64,000 nt of DNA from Candidatus Pacearchaeota archaeon (lineage in GTDB: Archaea; Nanobdellota; Nanobdellia; Pacearchaeales; GW2011-AR1), in assembly GCA_016866955.1 (NCBI GenBank), contig VGKT01000001.1, forward strand, positions 66,556 through 130,555, written 5' to 3'. The notes beneath the pieces were generated by a model that made no database searches, was not told the origin of the DNA, and saw nothing but the letters and a program-made list of their open reading frames with translations. The translations under genes were made by a program, and so were the position numbers. This document shows, piece by piece, positions 10,250-19,874 of the stretch (position 1 is the stretch's first letter; every line of letters starts with the position of its first letter).

Positions 10250-10798
10250 TTAGGTGGTTTTTAAAGATGCTCGAATGCTCCAGACTTCCAAGGTTTCCAT
10301 AAACAGCTTTTGTGTAATGAGTGTTTTTTTGAGATAGTTTTGTTTTTTGAGTGTTTTGAGTATACGTGCGCGTGGAGTGAGTGAAGAAAGAAGTAAGAGA
10401 ATTACACCCCCCTGAGCAAGATGTGAAGGTACTTGGGTGAGAAATTGCAGAATAAATTCATCTCCTTGTGCTCCTCCCGTTGTTGCCACTTTACTTTCTC
10501 TATCTTCCTGGGCATCTTCGGGAAGATAGGGCGGGTTACAAATAATACACTCAAATGTTCCTTTTACTTTTGTAAATACATCTGAATGTAACGTAGGTAT
10601 TCCTTGTGCTTTTACTTTGGCCAGAGCAGATTTATTTTTATCAACCGCAAGAACCGAACGAGCTCCAGCATTATGAGCAGTAATTGCTTGAATGCCTGAA
10701 CCTGTGCCCATGTCTAACACTTTTTTTCCTTTTGCATATCGCTTTACTTGAGAAGCAAGAAGAAAGGAATCCTCAGCAGGTTCATAGATGAGTACCAT
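10250..10798 (-). CDS. HemK/Mtq2-type N5-glutamine methyltransferase
   Basis: SAM motif VLDMGTGSGIQ and catalytic NPPY (ICNPPYLP). Confidence 0.75.
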   Translation of the reverse strand: MVLIYEPAEDSFLLASQVKRYAKGKKVLDMGTGSGIQAITAHNAGARSVLAVDKNKSALAKVKAQGIPTLHSDVFTKVKGTFECIICNPPYLPEDAQEDRESKVATTGGAQGDEFILQFLTQVPSHLAQGGVILLLLSSLTPRARILKTLKKQNYLKKTLITQKLFMETLEVWSIRASLKTT

Positions 10799-10803
10799 TA
10801 GAG

Positions 10804-11193
10804 CTAGGGTTTAAGCCATTCAAGAATTTGTTCACTGAATGCAATGACTCCGATAAGAGAGGCTATTAACAATACAATTACGATTGATAATCCAATAAGT
10901 ACGTAACGCCAGGTATTTCCTTTTTTTACTTCAGGTGTTGCTGGAACAAGGGGAGAAGTGGGAGAAGTGGGTGCTGAGACGGGGGGAAGGGGAGCAGATT
11001 TTGAAATACTCGTTTGTTGAGGGGGAAGTAGAGGAGTAGGTGATAATTTCCCAGATACTCCGCCTAATGCTTGTACTGCTTCCTGAACGTCTTGAGGATT
11101 ATATCCTGCGTTGATAAAACTTTTCGCTGCTTGATCAAGTGAAATACCACGTTCCAATGCATTCTTTATTCCTCCAAGTACTTCTTCTTTCAT
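10804..11193 (-). CDS. Hypothetical membrane-anchored protein (Pro/Ser-rich linker, C-terminal TM)
   Basis: ORF within the operon, overlapping the rnj stop by 4 nt. It has a small N-terminal helical domain, a PTSPTSP linker and one TM segment. Confidence 0.4.
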   Translation of the reverse strand: MKEEVLGGIKNALERGISLDQAAKSFINAGYNPQDVQEAVQALGGVSGKLSPTPLLPPQQTSISKSAPLPPVSAPTSPTSPLVPATPEVKKGNTWRYVLIGLSIVIVLLIASLIGVIAFSEQILEWLKP

Positions 11194-12521
11194 ATGGTTA
11201 ATACGCTCCCATTATCCATTAAATGTACAGTTTTGTTTAATTTATAACCTAGCTCTTGTGCCAGATTTGCTCCGGCCATTCTTTTTTGTAATTCCCCATG
11301 TGAAGGAATGATATGTTCGGGCTTGACGAGATGAATAAGGTCTCGTAAATCCTCTCGCCCTCCGTGTCCTGATACATGCACGTTATCAAAAATGCGTACT
11401 TGATATTTACGTAATCTTTTTTCTAATTGATCTCGATTGAGTTCATTCACATCGGTGGGAATAGTTTTTGAAGAAAAAATTATATGCACATCGTTCGAGA
11501 GATCAAAAGGTAATTCTTGTCGCGCGATTCTATCTAAAATTGAACCTGGTTCTCCTTGATGCCCGGTACAAACAATAACATACTCTGATTTCGCTTTACT
11601 AATTTTTTTGAGCATCTTAATCATTTGTTTTTTGTAGGTGACCAATTGAATAGCTCCTTTGAATGGCGCTTTACCAATATTTGAAGCTGCCTGTACATAC
11701 TTGCTTAAACTTCTTCCAAAGAAAACTACTTTTCGATTAAGTCGTTGACTGAGTTCTACAATAGTCTTTAATCGTGCTATGTGGGAAGAAAATGTAGTGA
11801 TAATAATCCCTGCCCGACTATTATCGGTGGTGAAAAGAACATCTTCTAATAATCCGCGGGCTATTTTTTCTGAAGGGGTCTTTCTATCATCGGGAGCATA
11901 TAAACAATCTACCACGAGTGCCTTTACTCCTTTTTGGGCAAGCTGTTTGAGCCGAGTATAATTTGGTTTGTCTCCGAACACGGGAGCATTATCTAATTTG
12001 TAATCATTCGCGTAAAGAATGATCCCTTCAGGTGTATGTAAGGCAATAATAGAAGATTGTATAGTGGAATGAGTCATATTGATAAATTCTAATTGATACG
12101 TATTGTTTGTTCGTACGGTATATGAGCCATCAACAGGAACAGTAATTATTTTATTGGGAATGGTTTGATCTGAATCTTGCATGAGCACTTTCAAAACTGA
12201 CATAGTATAGGGTGAACCGAGCACAGGAGCACGATACCGTGGAGCAACGTAAGGAACTCCCCCTACATGATCAAGATGTGCATGCGACACCATAAGTGCA
12301 CGAACTTTATCTTGCAACTGAACACTTTCTAAATAAGCGTCATCTGGTAAAGCTCCCAAGTTACGCATACCTCGTTCAGTAGGGACGCGTTCTTTTTCTG
12401 ATACTCCCACAATTGCGGGAAGAAATAATCCTGCATCGAAAAGAAAAACATCAGTGCCCACTTCAACAGCAGTCATATTTTTACCCACCTCATTATACCC
12501 CCCTATTGCGTGAATTCGCAT
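11190..12521 (-). CDS. rnj: Archaeal RNase J (beta-CASP metallo-beta-lactamase)
   Basis: MRIHAIGGYNEVGKN N-terminus, the HAHLDHVGG zinc motif and a beta-CASP C-terminal part with GHGG. Confidence 0.85.
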   Translation of the reverse strand: MRIHAIGGYNEVGKNMTAVEVGTDVFLFDAGLFLPAIVGVSEKERVPTERGMRNLGALPDDAYLESVQLQDKVRALMVSHAHLDHVGGVPYVAPRYRAPVLGSPYTMSVLKVLMQDSDQTIPNKIITVPVDGSYTVRTNNTYQLEFINMTHSTIQSSIIALHTPEGIILYANDYKLDNAPVFGDKPNYTRLKQLAQKGVKALVVDCLYAPDDRKTPSEKIARGLLEDVLFTTDNSRAGIIITTFSSHIARLKTIVELSQRLNRKVVFFGRSLSKYVQAASNIGKAPFKGAIQLVTYKKQMIKMLKKISKAKSEYVIVCTGHQGEPGSILDRIARQELPFDLSNDVHIIFSSKTIPTDVNELNRDQLEKRLRKYQVRIFDNVHVSGHGGREDLRDLIHLVKPEHIIPSHGELQKRMAGANLAQELGYKLNKTVHLMDNGSVLTI

Positions 12522-12599
12522 AGAAAGAGTATTGAAAGTTTCTTTATATACCTTGCTCGTTGTCGCAAGCTATAAATAGCAGAAAAAAGAAGAGAGAAT

Positions 12600-13451
12600 A
12601 TGGATAAACACCACGGTATTTTATATGGTACGGTTGTGATTTTGATGGTTTTACAAGTTGCTTCTTTTTTTTCAATCAGTTCCCAAATTACTCAAACGCA
12701 AGCTTCGCTTGCACAAACCACAAGTACCTTAAATAAAAGTCTCACTACTTTGATAACTGATTCTCTTGCTAAAGAACGAATAACAAATCAGCAAACATTT
12801 ACTGCATTACGTGATGCTTTAGGAGAACAACAAGCGTTTCAGGATACGATACAAAAAGACCTTGAATCATTACGTTCTTCTTCAGGAGATTTTTCAGAAG
12901 TGATAAGTGACGTGATAAAGGGAGTGGTGAGTGTAGGAACGGATAAATCCATGGGAACAGGATTTGTGTTAACGGATAGCGGATACATTGCTACTAATCA
13001 ACACGTTATTTCAGGTGCAAAACGTATTGAAGTACTCACCCATGATCGTAAAGTAATCGTTGCCACCCTTATTGGAGAGGATGTAGCACGTGACGTTGCC
13101 TTATTAAAAGTCGAAGCTACCCTTGAATCTCTCGAATTAGCAGACAAATTGCCGACGGTGGGTAATAAAGTCATTGCAATCGGAAATCCTCTTGGATTGG
13201 CATTTACAGTTACGGAAGGTATTGTATCTGCGTTAGATCGAAAAGGACCTAATGGACAAAAAGAATACATTCAAACAGACGTTTCATTGAATCCGGGCAA
13301 CTCAGGGGGCCCATTAATCAATACACGAGGAGAAGTAGTAGGTATGAATAATTTCAAAGTGGGGAATGCAGAAAGTTTGGGTTTCGCGTTGGAGGCAGAG
13401 GTGGTAAAGAGCGTGGTGAATGCTTTAGCGAACGCCACCATTCTTTTGTAA
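12600..13451 (+). CDS. Membrane-anchored trypsin-like serine protease (HtrA/S1C-like, no PDZ)
   Basis: N-terminal TM segment. Catalytic-triad context TNQHV, DVALLKV and GNSGGPLIN. A TATA box lies at 12571-12578, 21 nt upstream of the ATG. Confidence 0.8.
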   Translation: MDKHHGILYGTVVILMVLQVASFFSISSQITQTQASLAQTTSTLNKSLTTLITDSLAKERITNQQTFTALRDALGEQQAFQDTIQKDLESLRSSSGDFSEVISDVIKGVVSVGTDKSMGTGFVLTDSGYIATNQHVISGAKRIEVLTHDRKVIVATLIGEDVARDVALLKVEATLESLELADKLPTVGNKVIAIGNPLGLAFTVTEGIVSALDRKGPNGQKEYIQTDVSLNPGNSGGPLINTRGEVVGMNNFKVGNAESLGFALEAEVVKSVVNALANATILL

Positions 13452-13729
13452 TGGCCTTAGGACGAAAAGCAGTGCGACGATTACATCACCAGTATGTATT
13501 ATTTGATTCTTCATCTCAACAGGAAATAGAACAAAGATTGTTAGAAGGAATTGGACTCTTGGGCTGGGCACGAGCTCAACCGGTTGTACAAGAAGTGCGA
13601 GGAAAAATAGTGGTTGCAATTCATCCAACAATGGTACAAGATGTACGTGCAGCTGCTTTGCTTTGTTCTCCACCATTATCGGTGCTTGCTGTTTCGGGTA
13701 CACTTGCAGGATTAGGGAGAAAAACATGA
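13451..13729 (+). CDS. Putative RNase P protein component Pop5/Rpp14-like
   Basis: 92 aa. The pattern RRLHHQYVLF...EIEQRLLEGI..LGWA...KIVVAI....V.AAALL...LSVLAVSGTL follows the layout of archaeal Pop5 as remembered from Pyrococcus Pop5. A TAATG overlap links it to the protease stop. Confidence 0.5.
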   Translation: MALGRKAVRRLHHQYVLFDSSSQQEIEQRLLEGIGLLGWARAQPVVQEVRGKIVVAIHPTMVQDVRAAALLCSPPLSVLAVSGTLAGLGRKT

Positions 13730-14199
13730 GAGGACAATTAGAACTTTCATTTGGATTTATTTTTTCATTGATTATTATTATTGCAACTGTTGGAACGGCA
13801 GGGTATTTTATTACAAAATTTGTGGGTACGGGACAATGCACTACCTTACAAATGAGTTATGCCGATTTGCAGGAAAAAATCAATAGTGTCTGGGGAGCAG
13901 CCGTGGGAGATACAACCGTTACCTTGCAAATTCCAGGAGGGGTTACTTCTCTTTGTATTGGGGATATGTCTGGAGGAACAAATGCTACTTTGCGTGAACT
14001 TGTTGATGCATTCATAGTAGAAGGGATAGGGGTGTATGCCTTGCCTCCAACAAAAGCATGCGATGGAGAAGCTGCTTCACGAAAATTGACGCACGTTGCT
14101 CCGGGGCCCCTGATTTGTAAATCGGTAATGCGAGGAAAAGTAACCTTCCGTTTAAGTAAAACACAAGTAAGTGAACGGATGGTAACGATACATGCTTAG
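13726..14199 (+). CDS. Class III signal peptide (type IV pilin-like) protein, Cys-containing
   Basis: The start is taken at MRGQLELSFGFIFSLIIIIATVG (ATGA overlap at 13726-13729). This gives a basic residue, Gly then Gln, and about 20 hydrophobic residues. Confidence 0.55.
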   Translation: MRGQLELSFGFIFSLIIIIATVGTAGYFITKFVGTGQCTTLQMSYADLQEKINSVWGAAVGDTTVTLQIPGGVTSLCIGDMSGGTNATLRELVDAFIVEGIGVYALPPTKACDGEAASRKLTHVAPGPLICKSVMRGKVTFRLSKTQVSERMVTIHA

Positions 14200-15118
14200 A
14201 GGATTTGAATTTAGTTTTTCCTGGTTGTTTTCTTTATTGGTTGGAGCACTTATTTTGATACTTGCGATATACGGGGTACAGACGCTGGTTGGACAAGAAC
14301 GAACGATAAGCGATAGTCAAACCGCACAACAACTTTCTGGATTGCTCAGCCCATTACAAACCAGCGTTGAGACTTCATTGAGACCCCAACCAATTATATT
14401 CCCACAACCGACTGAAATTACGCTTGGTTGCGCACGAGGTGCAAGTACGGTCCAAACACGTGCACTTGCAACGATTGGTCGAAATAACGCGCCGGGATAT
14501 GCGCAGGAAACGAGTGGTGTTGCAGTGTTTGGGAATACAACCCTTATTGGTACAAAAGTACATAGTCTTATCGTCCCTTTTGTATTTCCTTATAAAATAA
14601 GTGATTTGGTGATTATCTGGACAACGCCTCTTTGCTTGGTACAAGCTCCTGAAACAGTACTTCAGACTTTCGGCTCAGATAATGCTAGTGTGTATTCAGT
14701 ACGTACTTCTGTTGCTTGCCGAAAAGGAAGTAGAGTTATTTGTTTTGATGAAACAAGAGGATGTGATGTGACGGTAGATCAGTATTTGAAACGAGTCACG
14801 AGTGAAGGAAAATCATTATATTATGAAGGAGCTTTATTGTATGGTGCATTGGTTACTCCTTCTGCTTTGTATGAATGTCAGGTGCGTTCGTTGTTGCATA
14901 GGGGAGTGGAATTAACTTCATTGTATGCTGAAAAAAGTGCATTACTTAGTGCACGAGGAGAAGGATGTAGTACTGCAGTAGGTGCTTTGACTGCTTCGTA
15001 TGGTGCCTTATTACGTGCTACGAATAGTTCTAAACAATTAGCGGGACTTGCTGAACAAGCAGAAGCACTTGCAGATGAAGAACAAGCAAGTATTTGTTCA
15101 TTATGGAGAAACACATGA
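14192..15118 (+). CDS. Class III signal peptide-like protein (308 aa)
   Basis: N-terminus MLRGFEFSFSWLFSLLVGALILILAIYG. It overlaps the preceding ORF by 8 nt. Confidence 0.5.
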   Translation: MLRGFEFSFSWLFSLLVGALILILAIYGVQTLVGQERTISDSQTAQQLSGLLSPLQTSVETSLRPQPIIFPQPTEITLGCARGASTVQTRALATIGRNNAPGYAQETSGVAVFGNTTLIGTKVHSLIVPFVFPYKISDLVIIWTTPLCLVQAPETVLQTFGSDNASVYSVRTSVACRKGSRVICFDETRGCDVTVDQYLKRVTSEGKSLYYEGALLYGALVTPSALYECQVRSLLHRGVELTSLYAEKSALLSARGEGCSTAVGALTASYGALLRATNSSKQLAGLAEQAEALADEEQASICSLWRNT

Positions 15119-15588
15119 GGGGACAATTAAAAATACAGGAAATGGCTTTTGTTATTGTAGCGTTAGTGCTCTTGTTTGCACTTCTCGCCATTTTCTTTAC
15201 CTCCTGGCGTTTACATTCAGTAAAAGATGAAGTAACTGCATTACAAGAATATGCCGGAGGACAATTAGTGGGGCAATTGGTGAACACTCCTGAACTGGAA
15301 GGCCCTTGTCAAGGATGCGTTTCATGGGATTCTGCCTGGATACTTGCACAACGAAACGGCACCATCGGAGATCGATGGAACGTAGATTACTTGGCTGTTG
15401 AAATACTGGGCATCAATCAAACCTGTACCGGACAAACTTATCCAGCATGTGGACAGATTACTATTGTACCAGGAAAGGCCTATGGCACGGCACAACGAGC
15501 ATTCAGTGCAGTCTGTTATTGGGATCATACCATTAAGCAAGAACGATGTCAATTAGGAATGATTCTGGCATCAGGAGGAAAAGCATGA
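15115..15588 (+). CDS. Class III signal peptide (pilin-like) protein, Cys-containing
   Basis: The start is taken at MRGQLKIQEMAFVIVALVLLFALLAIF (ATGA overlap at 15115-15118). Confidence 0.55.
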   Translation: MRGQLKIQEMAFVIVALVLLFALLAIFFTSWRLHSVKDEVTALQEYAGGQLVGQLVNTPELEGPCQGCVSWDSAWILAQRNGTIGDRWNVDYLAVEILGINQTCTGQTYPACGQITIVPGKAYGTAQRAFSAVCYWDHTIKQERCQLGMILASGGKA

Positions 15589-16055
15589 AACGAGGGCAAG
15601 AAGAAATTGTAGGATTTGGAGTGTTGTTAGTAGTATTGGCAATTGTAGGGGTTATTCTATTAGGAATGTATCTTCGTTCTCCGGTTCCTGAATCGGGGCT
15701 CTTTCCTGAAGGGGGAAGTTTCTTAGATGCCTTACCCCATGTGACGAGTACCTGTGCATTACAAGGAGATCGTTTTATTTCAGCACATGAATTAATGGTA
15801 CAGTGTGTAACCCAACCTGGCAAACAATGTGCTTCTGAACAAAGGGTGTGTTCAGTGTTGAATGGTACCTTGACTCAGGCAATTCACACTGCATTCCCTA
15901 TTGGAAGTCGCATTCAAGGGTATCGATTTACGCTCCAAGAGGGAGATGAACCTGCGACACTTATCTTATCGGAAGGTAATTGTAGCACGTATCGTGGAGA
16001 TCAACGATTCTTACCAAATACGCGTTATTCACTAAGCTTATTTGTATGCGGTTAA
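15585..16055 (+). CDS. Class III signal peptide (pilin-like) protein, Cys-containing
   Basis: The start is taken at MKRGQEEIVGFGVLLVVLAIVGVILLG (ATGA overlap at 15585-15588). Confidence 0.55.
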   Translation: MKRGQEEIVGFGVLLVVLAIVGVILLGMYLRSPVPESGLFPEGGSFLDALPHVTSTCALQGDRFISAHELMVQCVTQPGKQCASEQRVCSVLNGTLTQAIHTAFPIGSRIQGYRFTLQEGDEPATLILSEGNCSTYRGDQRFLPNTRYSLSLFVCG

Positions 16056-16411
16056 AAACGAAGTGTAAGATGTAATGCATCTAAAACAAGAACGGGTTTA
16101 GAAGCCAGACGTTTTCCTTTTTTTTCAGAGACTAATGTGATAATGCCAAATTTTACCAAGAGTTTACAATCCTGAAATACTGCTTTATAGGGTCTCCCTG
16201 CTTTATGCGCGAGATCATAAATAGAGTGTGGGTGGTTTAACTTAATAAGGTGAACAAGACGAACACGTTCAGCACTTAATACTGCACGAATATCAGTAAG
16301 TTGTGTAAGATCTACCTCTTTATGTTCTCCAGCAAGACGTTTAAAGAAAGTATTGAATGCTCCACTACGTTCAGTAAGGTGCACTATTTTTGTTTTTTCT
16401 TTCTTTGCCAT
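16052..16411 (-). CDS. Putative winged-helix transcriptional regulator
   Basis: 119 aa with the HTH-like segment HPHSIYDLAHKAGRPYKAVFQDCKLLVKFGIIT. It is convergent with the pilin-like operon and shares a TTAA stop overlap at 16052-16055. A TATA box at 16434-16441 lies 22 nt upstream. Confidence 0.45.
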   Translation of the reverse strand: MAKKEKTKIVHLTERSGAFNTFFKRLAGEHKEVDLTQLTDIRAVLSAERVRLVHLIKLNHPHSIYDLAHKAGRPYKAVFQDCKLLVKFGIITLVSEKKGKRLASKPVLVLDALHLTLRF

Positions 16412-16549
16412 GCGTTTTATGAAGGAAACAGAGTATATAAGTCTTTTTAAGATATATATGTTTGAAAATAACGCTTATTCCTTTTTTTATAGATTTACGA
16501 AGGACAGTCTCGAAGAGTACTTGTTGTCACTTATTTACTCAACATAAGC

Positions 16550-16771
16550 TTTATATAGTCTTAAATGTGTCCCTTATTTACTACTTCGCACTAGATTCAG
16601 GAAGGGGCAAAGCTTTTTAAAGGATTTTCGTGTCAACACTTTACTCTACTCATGCTGAGTAGTGGGGGTATGTTCCCTACGCATATCTCACGGTGGGCTC
16701 TTGAAGCCTTCTCGTTTGGGAGATCCTTCGGGATTACCACACTAAACAGTTGAAAGGGGGATTATAAAAAT
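16550..16771 (+). promoter_or_regulatory. S-layer gene promoter and long structured 5' leader
   Basis: TTTATATA at 16550-16557, with an alternative TTTTTAAA near 16614. There is a 7-bp hairpin CTACTCA-TGC-TGAGTAG at 16646-16662 and a UUCG-loop hairpin (GATCC-TTCG-GGATT) near 16721-16734. A purine-rich AAAGGGGGA lies about 10 nt before the ATG. Confidence 0.4.
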
Positions 16772-19165
16772 ATGAAATTAAATTTTAGAAAAATTGCATC
16801 TGTTCTCGCGAGCACAGCAATGTTAAGCTCAACGCTTGCACTTGCTGCTGCTGCAAACTACCCAGCTCCTTTCGTTCAAAACGGAAATGCTGATGTAGCA
16901 GTCGTTTACGGTAGCCTTCCTGGCGCTGAATTCGACCTTGCTTCCGTTACTACAATTACGGGCAATTTGCAAGCAAAGCTTAGCGCACAGAGCAGTTCTT
17001 CTGGAAGTTCTACAACTACTTCAACAAGTGGTGAAGGGGATATTGTCAAGCTTGACAAGACCTCTACTAAATTCCAACTCGGTAATGGTGTTCTTGACGT
17101 TGTCACAGGCACTATTTCAGATGATGATTTAGAAACATTGCTTGCTGATGGAGTTTATGTCGATGATGATAATGATGAGTTTGATTATACTCAGAAGATC
17201 GCGTTGTCTAACTTTAGCGTAACTATGTTTGAAGATAATGATTTTGAGTCAGATGTTCCTACTGTTGCGATTAAAATTGCATCCGGTGCTGAGATATTAA
17301 ACTATACTCTTGACTTTTCCGATACTCCTCTTTGGAGTGATCTTGAAACAACGGATTTAATGCTTTTAGGCAAGAATTACTATGTTCTTGATACTAATTC
17401 GCCGACAAATACTTCTATCTCTTTACTCGATTCTGCAGAGTCTACTATTCTTGGTGAAGGAGAGACTAAAACTCTTACTGCTGCTGGAAAAACGTATGAA
17501 TCTCAGATCTCTTTTATCGGAGAAACTTCAGTTAAACTTCTTCTTAATGGGGAATTAACAAATAGTTTGAGCGAAGGACAGACGTACAAGTTGAAAGATG
17601 GCTCATATGTGGGTGTTAAAGATATCCTTTATACCTCCAAAGATTCTGGAATTAGTAAAGTTGAGTTCAGTATTGGTAGCGGTAAGCTTATTTTGACCCA
17701 TGGTCAAGATATTGAGATGAATGATGAAACAATCTCTCGTCTTAAATCTTACTTTACCACTTCATCTGGTCAGCTTACTAAGATAGCAATCGATTGGGCC
17801 GCGGATAATGATGTATTTGTTGCCAACGGTACTGAAGCGACGCTCCCTGGCCTTGGTTCGGTAAAACTTACCTACTCAGGTATGACTTATCCTTCCAAAG
17901 AAGTTATTAGTGTGAAACCTGCTAGTGATGATTATTTTGTCCTTAGCAATTTCCCATTGAAAGATAGTACTGAAACAATCAATATCTTGTATGGGTCTAA
18001 TGGACTCTGGCAAGGTATTGGTAAAGACTCTGACAATTTACTCAGAACGTCTAACACTACTGCTCTTAACTTCGATGCTGATACTGACGACTATTTTGTT
18101 ATTTCGTGGACTGATGGAAATGATGCCGAATCTTACCTCTTCCGCGCTACTAATTTCAAACAAGAAAATAGTGGAGCTATCAACAAAACCACTTTCCAAT
18201 ATAAGAAAGATGGTTCTTGGACTAATGCAAAAGAAGATCGACAGATCACGGACACATTTACGATGGGCAATGCTCAGTTAACAGTTGGAGCTATTCATTA
18301 CGATGGTAAAAACGTAACCCTTACGGCGGGAAGTGGGGTTTCTTTCAATACTCTTTACTCTGACGAAGGATTAAAAGTATTCTTACCGTTTAGTTTAAAC
18401 ACTAACGGTACTAATTACCCTTCCACATTAGGAGGTATTGGATTTAACACTGCAAATACTTCTCAAGCAGGTCATAACGCAACGTCTTTCAATCTCATTT
18501 TCGTTGAAGAAGATAAGAATGAAAATATTGCTTCTGGAAAGACATTCAACTTTACTTTGGGATGGAACTCTGCTACGACAAAACAAGCTCACGTGAGCGA
18601 TGTCTTAGGAGAATCCGTTACCTTTGAAGAACATGAAAATAGTGATAATTTCATCAGCTACATGTATTCTCCGTTAGCGTCAAAGTTAACTTGGGATAAG
18701 AGTGGCGACCAGTATGCAGCGGAAGTTGAATACCACGGTGATGAATCGTATGCTAATGTGTTCTTAACTGCAGAGTCGGTTACTGTTTCTACAACCCCTG
18801 ATGGCTCAGGTACTAAAGAATTAGGCACGGTTCATGTAAAGGACACTGAAGTTGCTTCAGTATCTTCGAAGAACCTCATCGTTGTTGGTGGTGGCTGTGT
18901 TAACACACTTGCCAAAGAACTTCTTGGAGGAGCTGCTTGCGGTTCCGACTTCGAACAGAAGACGGGCGTTGGCCCTGGATCATTCTTGATCCAAAGCTTT
19001 TCGAGAACTGGCGGTAAAGTTGCTACATTAGTTGCAGGTTATTCTGCAGCTGATACTGAAGCTGGAGCTAAAGTATTGACGACTCAGACGGTTGATACCT
19101 CTGCTGGTAAGAAATACAAAGGCACTGGTAACACTGTAGCAATGGTTGATACAACCTCTGCATAA
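16772..19165 (+). CDS. S-layer (surface layer) glycoprotein
   Basis: Signal peptide MKLNFRKIASVLASTAMLSSTLALAAAANYPAPFV. The protein is acidic and Thr/Ser-rich with many N-x-S/T sequons. Its C-terminal LIVVGGGCVNTLAKELLG motif resembles methanogen S-layer proteins. Confidence 0.8.
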   Translation: MKLNFRKIASVLASTAMLSSTLALAAAANYPAPFVQNGNADVAVVYGSLPGAEFDLASVTTITGNLQAKLSAQSSSSGSSTTTSTSGEGDIVKLDKTSTKFQLGNGVLDVVTGTISDDDLETLLADGVYVDDDNDEFDYTQKIALSNFSVTMFEDNDFESDVPTVAIKIASGAEILNYTLDFSDTPLWSDLETTDLMLLGKNYYVLDTNSPTNTSISLLDSAESTILGEGETKTLTAAGKTYESQISFIGETSVKLLLNGELTNSLSEGQTYKLKDGSYVGVKDILYTSKDSGISKVEFSIGSGKLILTHGQDIEMNDETISRLKSYFTTSSGQLTKIAIDWAADNDVFVANGTEATLPGLGSVKLTYSGMTYPSKEVISVKPASDDYFVLSNFPLKDSTETINILYGSNGLWQGIGKDSDNLLRTSNTTALNFDADTDDYFVISWTDGNDAESYLFRATNFKQENSGAINKTTFQYKKDGSWTNAKEDRQITDTFTMGNAQLTVGAIHYDGKNVTLTAGSGVSFNTLYSDEGLKVFLPFSLNTNGTNYPSTLGGIGFNTANTSQAGHNATSFNLIFVEEDKNENIASGKTFNFTLGWNSATTKQAHVSDVLGESVTFEEHENSDNFISYMYSPLASKLTWDKSGDQYAAEVEYHGDESYANVFLTAESVTVSTTPDGSGTKELGTVHVKDTEVASVSSKNLIVVGGGCVNTLAKELLGGAACGSDFEQKTGVGPGSFLIQSFSRTGGKVATLVAGYSAADTEAGAKVLTTQTVDTSAGKKYKGTGNTVAMVDTTSA

Positions 19166-19170
19166 GTTTT

Positions 19171-19220
19171 GAACTGATTTTTTCAGTTCGTTTTTTTTTC
19201 TTTTTTTCTTTTCTTTTTTC
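19171..19220 (+). terminator. Terminator of the S-layer gene (hairpin plus oligo-T tracts)
   Basis: GAACTG-ATTTTTT-CAGTTC hairpin at 19171-19189, followed by T9, T7 and further T-runs. Confidence 0.6.
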
Positions 19221-19291
19221 TTCTCCCTTGGGGAGACCCATGCTTTTTTTTAAAACAAAATCCTTAAAAGTGAGGATTTCTAAAGGAAGTG

Positions 19292-19843
19292 ATGCGTTCC
19301 TTAGCAGCACACACTGAAGCATCTTCACGACGATCTTCCCAACTCTTTCTCTATTTTACTCTCTTTATTATGGTAGTAAGTAGCGTGGGCTATGCATTTT
19401 TATCGAGCCCGAGCACTGACCAACCGCTTCCCGATGCTTCTGGACCGAAGGGTGTACAAAATCAAGGTAATGGGGTCTGGACAGCTAATGTGTATGGGGC
19501 TTCTTTTCAATTTTTTACAGATCCTGTCGTGGTCTCTGCAGTTGTGTTTGAAAGCAACCTGACATTTGCTGAGCTTGCGAGTGCAACCTTAGAATATAAT
19601 GTACAAAGTCCTGGATTGGGGGAAGCATTAGGAATGACCCTTGGGCAACTTGTGCAATCTCAACCGGTATGTATTGGGCCGTGTACTGAAGATATCCCTG
19701 AACGTGATTGTACTACGCCCGTGATTAGTTGGAATCAAACTGCGCCCCTGAATAGGGTGTATCAAAGAAACCAATGCGTGTTTATTGAAGGAACACGAAC
19801 TGCCTTTGATGCTTGGATTTATCGTGTGACCGATTTAGCATAA
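19292..19843 (+). CDS. Hypothetical N-terminally anchored extracellular protein
   Basis: The ATG lies 21 nt after CTTAAAAG (19263-19270). One N-terminal TM segment. The C-terminal Cys pattern is shared with the next ORF. Confidence 0.4.
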   Translation: MRSLAAHTEASSRRSSQLFLYFTLFIMVVSSVGYAFLSSPSTDQPLPDASGPKGVQNQGNGVWTANVYGASFQFFTDPVVVSAVVFESNLTFAELASATLEYNVQSPGLGEALGMTLGQLVQSQPVCIGPCTEDIPERDCTTPVISWNQTAPLNRVYQRNQCVFIEGTRTAFDAWIYRVTDLA

Positions 19844-19874
19844 TCCTTAAAAGGCACTTTTTCTTAGAAAAGCT

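Noticed and set aside
13425-13841. 138-aa minus-strand ORF overlapping the Pop5-like and first pilin-like genes
   Set aside because: The plus-strand frames carry recognisable features and coupled start/stop overlaps. The minus-strand translation has no features.
16353-16547. 64-aa ORF in the wHTH/S-layer intergenic region
   Set aside because: It overlaps the wHTH gene start and the two divergent promoters. Its composition is AT-rich and non-coding in character.
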